Part shown: in pieces, positions 12,701 to 26,000 of the stretch
How the letters are laid out: the number at the start of each line of letters is the position of its first letter
How positions within the stretch are numbered: position 1 is the first letter of the stretch
The notes under the pieces: model-generated
Database searches by the model: none
What the model was told of the DNA's origin: nothing
What the model saw: only the letters and a program-made list of their open reading frames with translations
Source: Reclinomonas americana ATCC 50394
Lineage: Eukaryota
DNA length: 44,698 nucleotides
Assembly: GCA_048213135.1 (NCBI GenBank)
Contig: PS015171.1
Location: 23,215 to 67,912, forward strand
Direction: 5' to 3'
Program-made: the position numbers and the translations under genes

Positions 12701-15679
12701 CGGCGGAGCCAAGCATGCTTCCGGCAAAGAGGAACGACTGCAGTCCTTCGTCGCTGTTGATCACCCCAACAGGAATGAAGAGAGCGAGGTGCTTGAGGTA
12801 GCGTGTGTTAGCATCGGCCGTCAGCAACAGCGGTCGAATGTAGAACACCAGCAACAGAATGATGGCGGCCAGGGCGATGCCGAAGAGCGCCTGCAGAATC
12901 ATATTCTGCCGTGCGAGATACGACGAGAAAGCTGACCGCAGTATCTACAGGTCGACAACGCACACACAGATGAACACGAGGACACGTGAAGCAAGCGTAC
13001 TCACTCACTCCCACTCACACGCACCGCATTGCTCTGGACAAAGTAATAGTCGAGGTAGGCGCGGGCAGAGAGCATGATGCTGAGTTGCTCCTGATCAAGA
13101 GCTGCGGATGCTCCATACGACTGCACGAGTACACTGGCGGCGTCAAGAGCTCGGATGAACTGCGACAGAGCGAGACCCGTGAGGAGGAGGAGGAGGAGGA
13201 GGGAGACCTGCGAAACGAAGAACCACACTCACCACCGTATTGTACGGCCAGCACATCAGACCAATCTGCCAGCTGCTGGTGCTGCTCACACTCGGCTCGC
13301 ACCGATCGTCGTAGAGGAGGCTGTTTTGGCGTTCGTTGGCCGACGAGTCCCAAATCATCTCCGTGATGGTCGCCGCGGAGTCGGCTGTTGTTGCAGCCCA
13401 GGCTAGACGAGCGTTGCTGACGGCTGCTTGCAGTGTATCCAACAATAACCGCGGATCGCTAACACCAGAGCCACTGACGAGCTCGGCGGCGGCCAAAGTC
13501 GCCGTCTCAAAGTCTGCCACTCGGTCCTGAGAGTTCTTCACCACCGCCGCGAACACACTGCTCTGGGTGCTGGTGTTGAGGGACACGACTCTGTGGTGCG
13601 CGACGAGCGTGAGAGAGGTTCGGAGGAAGCGCTCGGCACAACAAGTGTGCTGCGTAACTGCATGATGCACAGCAACACGATGATGATGATGGTGAAAACA
13701 GCCACCCGGAACCCGATGTTGCCGAGGAACTGCCAGTCGGTGCGCACGCACTGCGAAGGCCCGTATCTTCGCTTGGCAACCACCTGCGGCGCGTAGCCCT
13801 ACACACCGCCCATGTCAACGGGTTGCTGTCGACATTGCACAACTAACTACAAGTGACAGCAATGAAACGCACCTCGCGTTCCTGCTCCGTCCGTGCCATG
13901 AACGAAAGGAACCTCTCTCGGCACTGAAAGTACACCTCCTGTGCCGTCTTACGGGCAAGCGCCTCAAACGACTGCACCGCGCCCCTCAAGTCGGCAGTCA
14001 ACGATCGCTCAATCAGAACAATGACAACAGCGGCCACGACAGCCACGCATCTGCCAGAGGCATTTCAGCCAATGTATAACAACGATCAAGCCTCACATGC
14101 AACTCACCCAACGAGAACGGCCAAGACAATGGCAGCCTCCAGTCGAAAGCTTCGATTCGTGCTGTCGAGTCGCGCACGGTGCTCATCACGCAGCGCATCC
14201 AGCGCGTCATCGACCCACAGCAGAGCATTCTTCAGCATAAAGTACGGGTTGTTTTTCATGGCCCCGCTGAGCAGCGTTGTGTCTTGCTTTGCGTACTCCT
14301 GCGAAAAAAGTAATGTCAGAGATGCACACGTGACATGACCATCCATGTACAAACGAAAACTAATGGCCGCACCGATGCAAGATCGCTGGTGGCAGCCAGC
14401 ACGTCGGCCAGCGGCAGGGTGCTTTCTACGGACGCCAGCTTGCCAGCCGCCACATCCACCAGCCAGTTGATGGAGACGCTTTGCGACATGGTATTCAGTT
14501 GCTCACTGCGTTGTATGGTGTAAGGTCAGCACCGGTCCGCACACCACCATAAGGGATGACAGGCGGATTCGGAGGCACGCAACTCTTGATACTTGAGTAA
14601 CTCGATGGCATCGCTTCGGGCGGCCGTGGCGTTACCTTGGAGGTAATTGGTGAGATCGCTTACTTGCCGCTGCAGGTCGGCACCGGACGAAGTCGTAGTT
14701 GCCAGTCGTCGAAGGCGCGATGCCGAATAGACGCTGCGCATGAATGCAACCCTGCATGGAAACACGTGTTAGCTAGTGAGCGACAACTGCGATGTGCCCG
14801 ACTGCAGTAGTGGGGGCGACGAAACTTGAGGTGATTGACGGCAAAGGAGGTGACCAGCTGCCGGTTCACGGCCGAGTTGGTTGAGGTGGCAAGCACGAAG
14901 CTGGCAACAACGGTTGCAACGAAGACAATGCCGATGCTGACCAGCAACAGCATGGCCTGGCGCGTGTGTGGATTCTGTGCAGCCTTGTTCAGGAACACAG
15001 AGGACGGCCATCTTTCAGTACGAACTGTCGTCAAACCATTTCCGAGAGAACGACCTGACGGAGCATCGAGGAGTACATGCTGTCCATCGACATGGTGGAG
15101 GATCCTCGCGAGCTGGACGACATTCCGCTGCTGCTGCCGGTGGGTGAGCTATCGGCGTCACTTGTAGTGTCTTTCGCGGCCATGCTGGTGTCGACTGGAG
15201 TAACACTCGGCTTCGTTGCCTCTGCAGTGGACGAAACGACTCGTGAGCTCAGAGAAATGCAGACGGAAGAGGGATGATGGCTGCCAGTTACGAAACTCTC
15301 CACCAGTCGTCGGTGAGAGCCAGCCATCTGCGGACAGAATAGACAGGATCAGCAACAAAAAAAACACAAATAAGAGCGGCAGAGCGAAGCAAGAGACCTT
15401 TCGTGTGCTATTGGATCGAGGCGCCAGCTCATTCGAAATAGCTTGCACCGGTACCATTTCGGTGGCGGTGGGTGCCTCGTCCACATTCACGAAACCGATG
15501 CGTCGAGATTGCGTTCTCTTGACATCATGCCGTGGTGACCGACCAGCTGCGGCGAGGAACTTGCCAGGCACAGTGGCCGTAGCGTGACACCCTTCATCGT
15601 CGTCCTCCTCGTCGCCACAGTCAACCGCCGCACACTCTGCCTCGCTGCCAGTCTCGAACGGCCGCACTGCACCAACAGC

Positions 15680-15736
<57 letters not shown>

Positions 15737-17711
15737 AGTACGTACGTAGACGACGACGACGACGGAGGACGGACGGTAGTACGTGTCGTACGTACGGTAC
15801 CGGTACCGGTAACCGGACCGGTACCGTACCGTACGTTACGTTCGTTTTTGGNNNNNNNNNNNNNNNNNNNNNNNNNNNNNNNNNNNNNNNNNNNNNNNNN
15901 NNNNNNNNNNNNNNNNNNNNNNNNNNNNNNNNNNNNNNNNNNNNNNNNNNNNNNNNNNNNNNNNNNNNNNNNNNNNNNNNNNNNNNNNNNNNNNNNNNNN
16001 NNNNNNNNNNNNNNNNNNNNNNNNNNNNNNNNNNNNNNNNNNNNNNNNNNNNNNNNNNNNNNNNNNNNNNNNNNNNNNNNNNNNNNNNNNNNNNNNNNNN
16101 NNNNNNNNNNNNNNNNNNNNNNNNNNNNNNNNNNNNNNNNNNNNNNNNNNNNNNNNNNNNNNNNNNNNNNNNNNNNNNNNNNNNNNNNNNNNNNNNNNNN
16201 NNNNNNNNNNNNNNNNNNNNNNNNNNNNNNNNNNNNNNNNNNNNNNNNNNNNNNNNNNNNNNNNNNNNNNNNNNNNNNNNNNNNNNNNNNNNNNNNNNNN
16301 NNNNNNNNNNNNNNNNNNNNNNNNNNNNNNNNNNNNNNNNNNNNNNNNNNNNNNNNNNNNNNNNNNNNNNNNNNNNNNNNNNNNNNNNNNNNNNNNNNNN
16401 NNNNNNNNNNNNNNNNNNNNNNNNNNNNNNNNNNNNNNNNNNNNNNNACGAGAGACGTAGAGACGAGAGAGAGAGAGAGAGAGAGAAATGAGTACGTGCA
16501 GATCTAGAGGAGGAGCGACTGTGTCATGGCCTAGGACGCACCGTGATCTGTGTTTGCTGGTGGCGACCTGGCCACTGCCTTGACACGCACAAATCTAGTT
16601 GGCGAGGCGACGGCACGTGTACGAGATGCCACCGTGTTCCCTTGATCGGTGCTGTTACTTGAGGCGGACGACGACAACTGCGCAATGTCCACACGACCAA
16701 CACCACCGTGGTCGTTGGCGGCTCCTGCGTCACGATCGGCTTCTGCCTGTTGTGGATCGTGTGCGTCGAACTTGGTCATAATGAAGTTGAGTTGCTGCAG
16801 GCGGTCGGCCATGTCCATCACGCGCTCGCTGGATGCGGCCTCTGCGTCGGCCGCAGATGTAGTCTGTTCTCGAGAAAGCTCGTCGGCGAGGTCGTCCAGC
16901 AGTGAGCCCGTGCGTTTATCGTTCAGGATCTCTGCAACAAACTTTGCAGCGAAAGGCCGGTCAGCACCGTCGCCAAAGGTAGCACGAAAAGCACAACAAC
17001 ATCGAGCCGGATACCTCCGCAAACATGGTCATTACTTGACCGTCGTTGGGGTAGTCGCGCAGGAGGTCGCGGAACTGCTGCTCGCATTCATCCTGCTGCT
17101 CACGAATGTTGATGGGGATGGTAATGATCCGCTCGTCATGGCGGAACTCGCCGGCGAGGTGCTTCCAGAAGCTGACCAACAACGCGTGTGTCTCGTACCA
17201 CTTCAACCTGGCGGCGCGGATTCTGCAAACGCCACTTCTGTGTCAGGAACAGTGCGGAGAAAACACGTCACACAAAGGCGCAAGTGACACACCTGATGGT
17301 CTTGTCGACACTCTCCTGGCCACTGTCGACAAACATGCGGAGGAACGCAAAGTACTTGAGTCGCATGTCCAGCGGCAACTCCTGCTGCCGCTCTGCCAGC
17401 GCCGAGCCAATAGCAATGGCAGTGTCGCTGTCGATCTCGTAGTGCCACAAGTAGTGCGCGTACAGCAGACTGAGTACAGGCGACTGCGGGAGACACTCGC
17501 TACCGAGATCGAAAATGTCTCGGGCTCGAGCCAGCGGATCCTGCGTGTGCGACGTCGGAATGCGAGCCACAAACTCCACATCGTACGCGTTGGAGAAGAG
17601 GCCATGGATACCGGCCGACATGTCGCTGGCATCGGAGGCCATTCCGTACCGACTTTGCGGACTCTGGAACAGCGCAAATGTCAGGAGTCGTGCAATTACG
17701 GCAAGGTGTAT

Positions 17712-17744
<33 letters not shown>

Positions 17745-19409
17745 ACCTGCAGCGTCGACTCGTTCCCCTGCCCACCACTGCGTAGCGAGTCGATGAACTG
17801 GTCCACCGCCTTCCCCAGCACCGCCAGTCGCCATCGTTGAAGCAGTAAACCGACGACGACAGCAATCGGCAAGCCAGCACCAAGAATGATGAGGGAGAGG
17901 AGTGTGCGGGTGAGCAGCTGGCTTGCACTTGGTGCCGTGGTCGCGGGGATCACAGAGACGGCCGCCCACAGGATGCATCCGACACCCACGTGCGACATGA
18001 TGTTGGTGGAGTGTCGGTAAAAGGGCGAGAACCGGATGGCGAAAATGGTGTATGTGAGTGCCAGTATGGCCACACCCGCTGCTGCGTGCACCACGCCAAG
18101 CCGCGCCGCAAAGAATGTATGTGTAATGCACAACATGATACGGCACACATTCAGGGTGGCCAAGAACCGGCCGGCCAGAGGGCCCGCCGTGAACGCTGGC
18201 GAGGTCGGCTCGAAATCCTGAGAGAGCAAATTGGCCAGGGTGGTCACCACCCCCAGGAAGGTAACTGCCAGCACACCCAGCGAGCCGAGGAGCATATTGG
18301 ACGACTGCAGAGACAGCAGCAGCACACAGACTCAGTCAGCTATAGTGATGCGGTGGATGATTTGCGATCCCCAAACCTTGCTGCACACAAGCGCAACACC
18401 GCCGTCGGTGGTGCTCAAGTGCGTCATGTCGTCAAAGTTGCAGTGCAGAGGCCGCAGCAGTGCGAGACACACCGGCGTCAGCGCCACGGAACTCAGCAAA
18501 TGCAACTGCATGCGCAGCGCGCGGACCAGCAGTGTCGACTCGGCTGTTGTCTCATCGTCGCTCACCGATGTTCCGGCCTTGCGAGTCGACGACGTGCGCA
18601 CCTGCACGGAGACCTTCCGCAGACGACGAAAGGCCACCACAATCTGCCAGACGAGCGCCGCCACATACACCAGCACAAAGACGGAGATGCTCTGCACGAA
18701 ACCGAGCGAGACCGTCTGCAATCATGTAGAGCAGTAAGGCATCGGTCATCGCTACCACCAAATGCATCGCAAAGAGCGAACCCAGGGGACAACTTCGTTG
18801 GCAAGGAAGGCGTAGCGCAGGACGCGTGGAATCCACACCGACCAGCCGCCGGTATTCGACAAGCTGCCGAGGCCGCCAGTCGAGAGCGGCGCAAACATCC
18901 ACGGATCCAGCACCAGCATCAGGGTCTGGAAGAAGATGAACAGCGTGACAGCCATCTCGATCCACAGCGCCTGCACGATATTCACGGTTCACATAAGAGG
19001 AAATCAGTGGTGGATTGCCTTTTTTGGCTTCTTCAAAACTAATTATTCTCTTTCCCCCCTGTTTTCTCATTCGCTGCACATTTTTTTGTGCGCCGTGTGT
19101 GCGAGACGTCTATCTCCCACCTCTTCTCCTGCAAACCCTCCTCACTCCACCAAAGCAACAAGTGCGCAATGTCTCAAAGCACTGTGCGCAACTTGGTACT
19201 CTCTCTGCTTCTGCGACCTGTATATGTGATGGTGGTGCCAAACTCACCGAGCCTGTGGAGCTCGTCGTGCGTCGGAAGAGGGCAAACAGGAACTTGTCCA
19301 TGTTGCCGGCCGCCTGCTGCTTGTTCATTGGCGATGCGTCATTCCATCCACCACCGCCACCATGGCCATCTGCGTGGCAACGGCTAGGCGAGTCCGCTGG
19401 CGTGGCCAT
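9714..19409 (-). CDS. Gene C: TmcB-like multi-pass membrane protein with 3 PAS domains and a class III cyclase domain of C2 type (adenine-specifying, lacks the metal-binding Asps)
   Basis: ATG at 19409 and multiple TM segments (ALWIEMAVTLFIFFQ..., LLGSLGVLAVTFLGVV...). FSNAYDVEFVAR motif and TPR-like helices. PAS repeats at about 10790-12660. The spliced cyclase reads VSCVFIKLSDV...VKTIGHAYMVVCG...RAGINSGPCTAGIVG...FDLYGDTINVASRM...CKGVG, with TAA at 9714-9716. Confidence 0.85.
15682..15733. repeat. (GA)n microsatellite inside a gene C intron, continuing after the gap at about 16466-16486
   Basis: Direct reading. The flanking exons join in phase 1 across a single intron 15667-16541 (TDH-VRPFETG). 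Confidence 0.9.
15852..16447. other. Assembly gap (N run) within a gene C intron
   Basis: Run of N flanked by GA repeats. Confidence 0.99.
17714..17743. repeat. (GT)n microsatellite inside a gene C intron
   Basis: Direct reading. Shorter GT/CA and GA/CT tracts are common in introns throughout the window. Confidence 0.9.
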
Positions 19410-20046
19410 TGCTGCGCCAATCCAGTGCGTATGCGCAACGTGTGGTGTGCGAAAGAGGAGAAAACACGGCTGAGAAGTCTCGCCTGCAAAGCCGCTTCTC
19501 TCTCGCCACAAACTGCAAAAACAATGAGTTTGTAGACGACGAAGACGTTTCCAGACCGTTACTTTGCAGCGCGGGTTGGACATACTCCATTCTGTGAAAC
19601 AACAGCCCCTGACCAGCGTGGTGTGGAGAGTCGTGTGGCAGAGTACAAAAACCGGCTGCGATGATCGCCAGTTTGCGTCTCTGCTGCCGCATCATTCGCC
19701 ACGGTGACGATCGTCACTAGCTTTTACCAAAAGATGCCTTTCTAGACAATAACGCGGTTGCAATTGGCGCATCCCCGTGGAGGACGTGGCAGCAACGTGG
19801 AGCGCTCCCATGGCTCGGTGACCCGTCGCGACGCGCAACTTTCCAGCTTGCCATACGCTGATATGCCGGAGTACACACCCTCCTGTTTGGTCCGGAAACC
19901 CGCTTCCTTTTGGAAAACAAAAGTTCTTTTCGTGTCATGTCTGGATATCTAAAACAGCGGAACAAAGTCAGCCGTCTCTTGTCGTGCACCTTAGACTGCA
20001 TTCGCCATCCACAGCATTGTCATCAGTGAAAGTACAATTTTGTTCA

Positions 20047-23000
20047 TTATCGAGGCGACTGTCTCTCAGCATCGACCGCAGATTCTGCTGCTGCCGTGAC
20101 GGCTGCTGCTGTTTCGGGCGTCTCCGAGAACCGCACCACCGATCCTTGTCTCCTGCTGTAATCCAAATTCGAAAATGAGCGCATTTGCGTCGGCACTCGA
20201 ATGAGTTGCGGTCGCTCCTCGCCGCCGTTCGGTGCCGCACCATCCGCACTAGCGGAGCCGTTTGCGGCATCAGAGATGTGCTGGAGAGCGGCCAAGTTCG
20301 GGCGAGCCACACTCAAGCGTCGATCGGTGGAGACCACGCTGATGCGGCGGTTCGCCGGAGGCATTGCGGCCTGCAGCATTGCTCCGGCATCTGCTGCTGG
20401 TGCTGCCGCCGTCGCCCCTGTCGCCGACTCTGCGCCAGCGACAACCGCCGTTGTGACCGAGGTTGCCACGTTGCCGAGAGCGTACTTGCTGTTTGGGGGG
20501 GCGCTGGCGGCGACGAGACTGGTGCCGGCCATTTTCGGGCAATCGTCGCGGAGCTCGAGTGGGAAGGCGTGTCCCAGCAGCGCGGTCACTTGACTGGAGA
20601 CGTGCACGCGACCCGGCTTACTGAGTTCTTCCAGGTGGACGGCATTATCGATCGCGTCCCCGTACAACTCAAACGTCAAGTTGTCGGTACCGAGAACGCA
20701 GGTCGTGAGTGGTCCAGTGTGCACGCCGACCCTGATCTGGATGTTGTAGTTGTTGGCCTGTGCGCACGTGCATGATGGGGTGAGAATCAACACCGTGCAG
20801 AAAGAAGGCGCTGCTACAAGAGTACGTAACTTCGTTGAACTTGTGCAGCTCCGACATGACCTCCACGGCAAAGCCGACCACTGCCTTGACGTGCTTCTCC
20901 GGCTCAATGACCTCCTGCATGCCACACACGGCAATGTAGGCGTCGCCAATGAGCTTGCACCGAATGAGTCCGTACTTGATGGCCACGCTGTCGAAAATGT
21001 CAAACATGGCGGAGATGGTGGCGATGAGCGTGTCGGGCGACAGTTGCGAGCTCATGCGCGTAAAGTTGACAATGTCGCTCGCAAACACCGTCACACTTTC
21101 GTGCTCCTCGATGATCGGTTCCTTGGAGCCATTGCACTCCTGGAGAAGTGCACACAAACAATTTAGTGTTGTTTACAGAGAACCACCGACCACAGAAAAC
21201 GCTGCGCAACTCGGTCCATGATCTGCGCAAGCACATACGGCGGGAAGGAGCAACGCAAAAGGTTGCGACTCGAAAGCCCACTCGCGGCCGCCTCCTCTAG
21301 CTGGCGCATCAGTGCCTCGGCATCCTCCACAAACGCCACAAAGATGCGACGACCGCCAACGCGGCCCTCCCGCACTTTTACGTTGGCGTAAAACCTGTCA
21401 CCGTTGGCTCTCCTGGCCGGCGTTCCGTAGGTGCCCTTGCCAATAATCTGACTCCTACCCGAGCGCAGGTACTCGGCAATGTAGCGATCGTGTGCCTCGC
21501 GATGTTGGTCGGTGCCAACCAGCTCCTTCACGTTCACATGTCGCATCGATCCAGCCTCGTAGCCAAACTGCTCCTCGGCTGTTGAATTGGCCTCCTGGAT
21601 GATTCCGTGGTCGTCGCACACTATAATACCATGGTCGTAGTGCTTGATAATGGTGCTGAGCTCCTCGCCAATGCGCACAATCTCCGCCAACGCCTCACGC
21701 TGCACGGTAAGATCTGCAGGAAGTATGAGTTTCTCGCTTACAATGCATCAACAGCTACTGCTTTGGCGCAGCCGCGTACCTCGCAAATAGGCAGCAAAGA
21801 ATCGTGCTCGGCCGTCGTTGCCGTCGACAACCGTCAGCTTCAAGTGGACGAGGCTGCCGTCTTTGCGCAGGCCCTGCACATTGCGGCCATTCTCCAACAC
21901 TCCACCGTCTTCGCCTGTCTCCACCAGCCTCTGCAGGTACTCGTCGTGCCTGACCACAGTTTGTAAGCACTCACGAAAGCAGGCTTGTTGTATCAAGGAG
22001 GTCAGCACACTCACCGATCGCAGTGGGGTGCAGGCATCAACATGTTGACCTTTTGGCCCACCTACAAGACGGGAAATGTGCGATCAGCCAAGAGTGTATC
22101 ACTCGCGCAAGCATGCATGCATTTGCATACCATCTCCTCTCGGCTGTACAAGAAGATCTTGGAGGCCGTCTCGTTGACATTGGTGATAACTCCGGTCACA
22201 TCAATGATAACCAGAGCGTCCTTAGAGCCGTCAAGAATCCTCTGCGTGCGCTGCTCCTCGGCTGCGTAAGGCGAGTGAGTGATGGTGGCAAGTAGGATGC
22301 TCTCCACATGGAACGAAACTGCGTTGTTGTGCTTGTTGTGCCGACCTCTCCGACATGTCGTGCACAAAGGCCCTGTAGACCAGATACTGTGATGTGAGCA
22401 ATGTGCACACACATGACGCGGATCGGAGAGAATTGCGACGACGCACGCGAAGAATCGAGCGCTCTTCAGTCGAGCCTCGCTGACACTGACAATCACAGGC
22501 CGCGTTGAACCATCCTTGCAAGTAAGGTCGCTCTGAATGCTGCGACCCACCAGACGCGAAGCGCCAGTGAGGACGTGATTGGCGATGAGCTGTACACGCA
22601 AGAGAGTCAGTCGGCTGCAGTGTTCTGTGGTTTGCATTGCAGCACATCCGCCCACAAGTCACCTGGTCGTGGCGGTCGCGTACGTGTGCCGGTGTAAGAA
22701 TCTTTACGTTTTGCCCGACGAGCTCTGCGAGGCGAAAATGATAAGTATGAAGACATGCAATACGGAGAGGAGCGCGTGTGTTCGTACCAGTGTCGGAGAA
22801 TCCAGCCAGACGCGACATGGCAATGTTGGTCATTTGAATGATTCCGAGCTCGTTGCACAGCAAGACACCGTCGGAAGATGACTGCAACACAGAAAACAAC
22901 TTCTCCTCGGCTTCCTTCATGGAGTCGTTGAGGCGCGCCTCGGAAATCTCTTGGCCTGCGCGCAGGCAACAAAGCTGTGAGCCAGATCAAAAGACTTCGG

Positions 23001-26000
23001 CAAAGAGAAAGAGAGTGTCACGCACCGCGCACAACGAAATCGTGAATAACGGTCACGGAAGTGACGACATCGGGCGCCAAGTGGCTCAACATCTTGCGAA
23101 CTTGTTCCGACTGAAGAAGAGGCGATTGCAAGTATTGAGTAGCGTGAACAGTCAGCAAAATTTTTCGTATGACGACACCTTGCGATAAAAGTGGCCGAAT
23201 GATGGCAGCACCATGAGGAATGCGACAGCAGCGAGCGCAATCAGCTGTGCGCAGAAGTCTGTGAGCGACAGCTCGCCGGTGCACTCACAAGCGATATATA
23301 ACTCACGCCAAGGATGAACAGAGCCTCGATCAACAGCAGGCTGGTGGAGATGGCCGACTCCAACTCCCGCTGGTAGTAGTCCGTGGAGGTGTCAAAGGAA
23401 GCGCCCAGCACGGATGATGCCGTCTCCAGAAACAGGGCGTTCGAGTTTGAGATGGTCAACCGCGAAGTGCTACTGAGTGTGGCTGCTGCCGACTGAAGAA
23501 TGCCGAACGCTTGGGTGAGCTGCATTGTATGCATGGGGGAGAGAGGCAGTGAGACAACACTAAAGTGGGGACAACAGAGCGGAACACCACAAACCACAGT
23601 GTTTGTCGCGGCGCAAGAAATAAAGTCGGTGATCGCCTGCTTGTCAGAGGTCACCGTACCGGCAGCCGACACTGTATTGGCGCACTGTGTGGCGTACAGC
23701 AGTTCCTGCTGATCCACAGAATTGAACGCACGCCGACTGCTCGGCGTGGAGGAGTCGACGAATCGGAGCGAGTTGTGTGAGGTCGCCATCTGTGGTGCCG
23801 AGCATGAGCAAGTGCAACGACGCCGGCATAAATCGACAAGTGTACGCAACGGCTTGTAGAGACGACACCCACAGTGTTTGTATCTCACTGCTGCCGAATA
23901 GATTTTCGTTCTCAAACAGACCTATCAACAGCAAATAGAGTGCGTGAGAAGCAGGACGATGACACACACACATCAGCACATGTACTACTCGCCTGTTGCC
24001 TGAGAAAAGTCCGTAGAAGCCACTTGTGTGCAGCGACGAGCCTCGCAGAACAAGGCCAGCATGTTGTACAAATTCGAGAGGCGCACGCTGGACGTGTTCA
24101 TCTCGAAGGCCAGGGATGTGGAGCGGGTGTGCAGGCTTGACGCGGCCGCCCACCACACGCCAAATGTTCCGCAGAAGATCAGCATGGCAATGAAAATGGT
24201 GAACAGCATCTGGCGTCGCAAGGGAATCCGGTTGGGTGCAGCCTCGGAAGACTGCAACGCCTCCTGCTCCAACGTCGAAACGAAGATCGTTAGCGTCACG
24301 TACACAGAGCAAAGGGACACATACTATAGTGGGTGCTTGCCTCACCTCGTTGTTGCCTGCGACTGTGGAGCTTTCGGCGGCAGCGTCCGACGAGTACGAA
24401 GTCATGCTACCGTAGGCGCGGAACAGCGCTTTGGCTGCCGTCTTCGGCACCACCAGGAAGAGGCGAAGTGTGAATGCCTGTCGCTTGCGATGATGCAAGA
24501 AGGCCGGAACGAAGACACACAACCAGAAGAACACTCCGACGCCGAGACAGACTGCGAGCGCCAGAGTGGTGACCTGGTAGTGGTCAGCGAGGTTTGCTTG
24601 CTGAAGTCCTTCAAAGTACGCGTTCAGTGCGTCCATCGCCGGCAGCAGCTGCAGGGGGCCGTTGCGCACGACATACATGAACTGAGGCGACTTGCGCAAG
24701 GCATCTCGACTCGTCCACGTTGTCGATGCAATGGACTGCCGGTCGTAGCAAGTTAGAAGTCAGACATCACAAGCACACACATACAGCAACGCCGCGCACG
24801 CTCACACACCTTGGCATCTTCAAACAGATTCAATGCCAAATCCTTGAAGAGAACTGTCATTTGCCTCATTTGCGGTGTCTGCCCGTTCGCAGCCGTGTAG
24901 TACACTTCGACGGTACTGCAGCAGAGGACGCAGGTACGCACACATTGGTAAGCACAACTTGTGTGGTTTCATACATACAAATCGCCAGGCTGCACGTAAC
25001 AGAGAACGCGACAAGATCGAGTCGAATTGGTTTGTGTCAACGAAAAGTGACTCGAAGAGTGATGTTGCTTGCTTTGCTTGCGTCAGCATGCTGGCCTGTA
25101 ACATGGCAATGCGGGCAGCGCTGAAGTCGCCCGCTGTAAGACCCAGCTCTTGAGACAGCAGTGTTGCCTTGTAGGTCAGCATCGCAACCGATTCCCTGTG
25201 CAAAAGAGAGTTAATACGATGTGGGAGGTGGAAGTGGGAGAGCGCTCTCTTTGCTTACCTTACGGTCGTCGTCTTGTCCCACCAGTGGAGGTCCGTCATC
25301 TCATCTCCCTCATTCACCACGAGGATCGCAAATGTGACGAGCACGGCAAACAATAGCACCAGCAGCGTGCAAAAGACAACAAACAGCAATCCGCGGTGCG
25401 GTCTACCGAGCCAGTTAGTACACTCCCAAAGAGCCAGCAAGACGCGCGGTGCATATTCACGACACTCAACTTGCCGGCACTGACTTCGAGCTCGTCCTCT
25501 GGTACCGTCGAGTTGCGTTGCATGTCGGTATCCTTGGTTGCCTTGGGCTTCAGTCGCGAGACCAACTTTCGTCCGTTGGGATTGGCGCGCACTGCCAACA
25601 GCAGCACCGATGTCAGTGTCACGCTGTGTTATCTCGTGTGAAAACAATACAGACAAACGCACAGCGATTAGACTTCTCCGCAGTGGTAGCCGTTGTCTCT
25701 GTGGCCTCATCTCCGTCGTCTTCGCCAGCAGGTACCGCATGCGGCATTTGCGGCGTCTCTTGAAGCCAGTTCGTAATTCGGTCCAGTTTCTCTGCGCAAG
25801 CAGTGAGCAAAAGAGTGATTATAGCCAAACGATGGACGAAATGAGTTCAAGAATACCTGCATCGATAGTTGCCTCCGCTCCTTCGTCGCTGACGTCGTCA
25901 AATGCGCCACCTAATAGTGACTACATGTGAGCACTGCGCACCAGGCGACAGTTGTAGCACGATAGCATCTCACCTTGGAGCCCCTGCTCAAACTGTGGGT

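Noticed and set aside
15734-15851. Striking palindrome-rich TACG/GTAC/ACCGGT low-complexity stretch
   Set aside because: It follows a long GA microsatellite and ends at a gap. It looks like a dephased pyrosequencing read tail (TACG-cycle noise) rather than a biological repeat. The same applies to 16448-16465.
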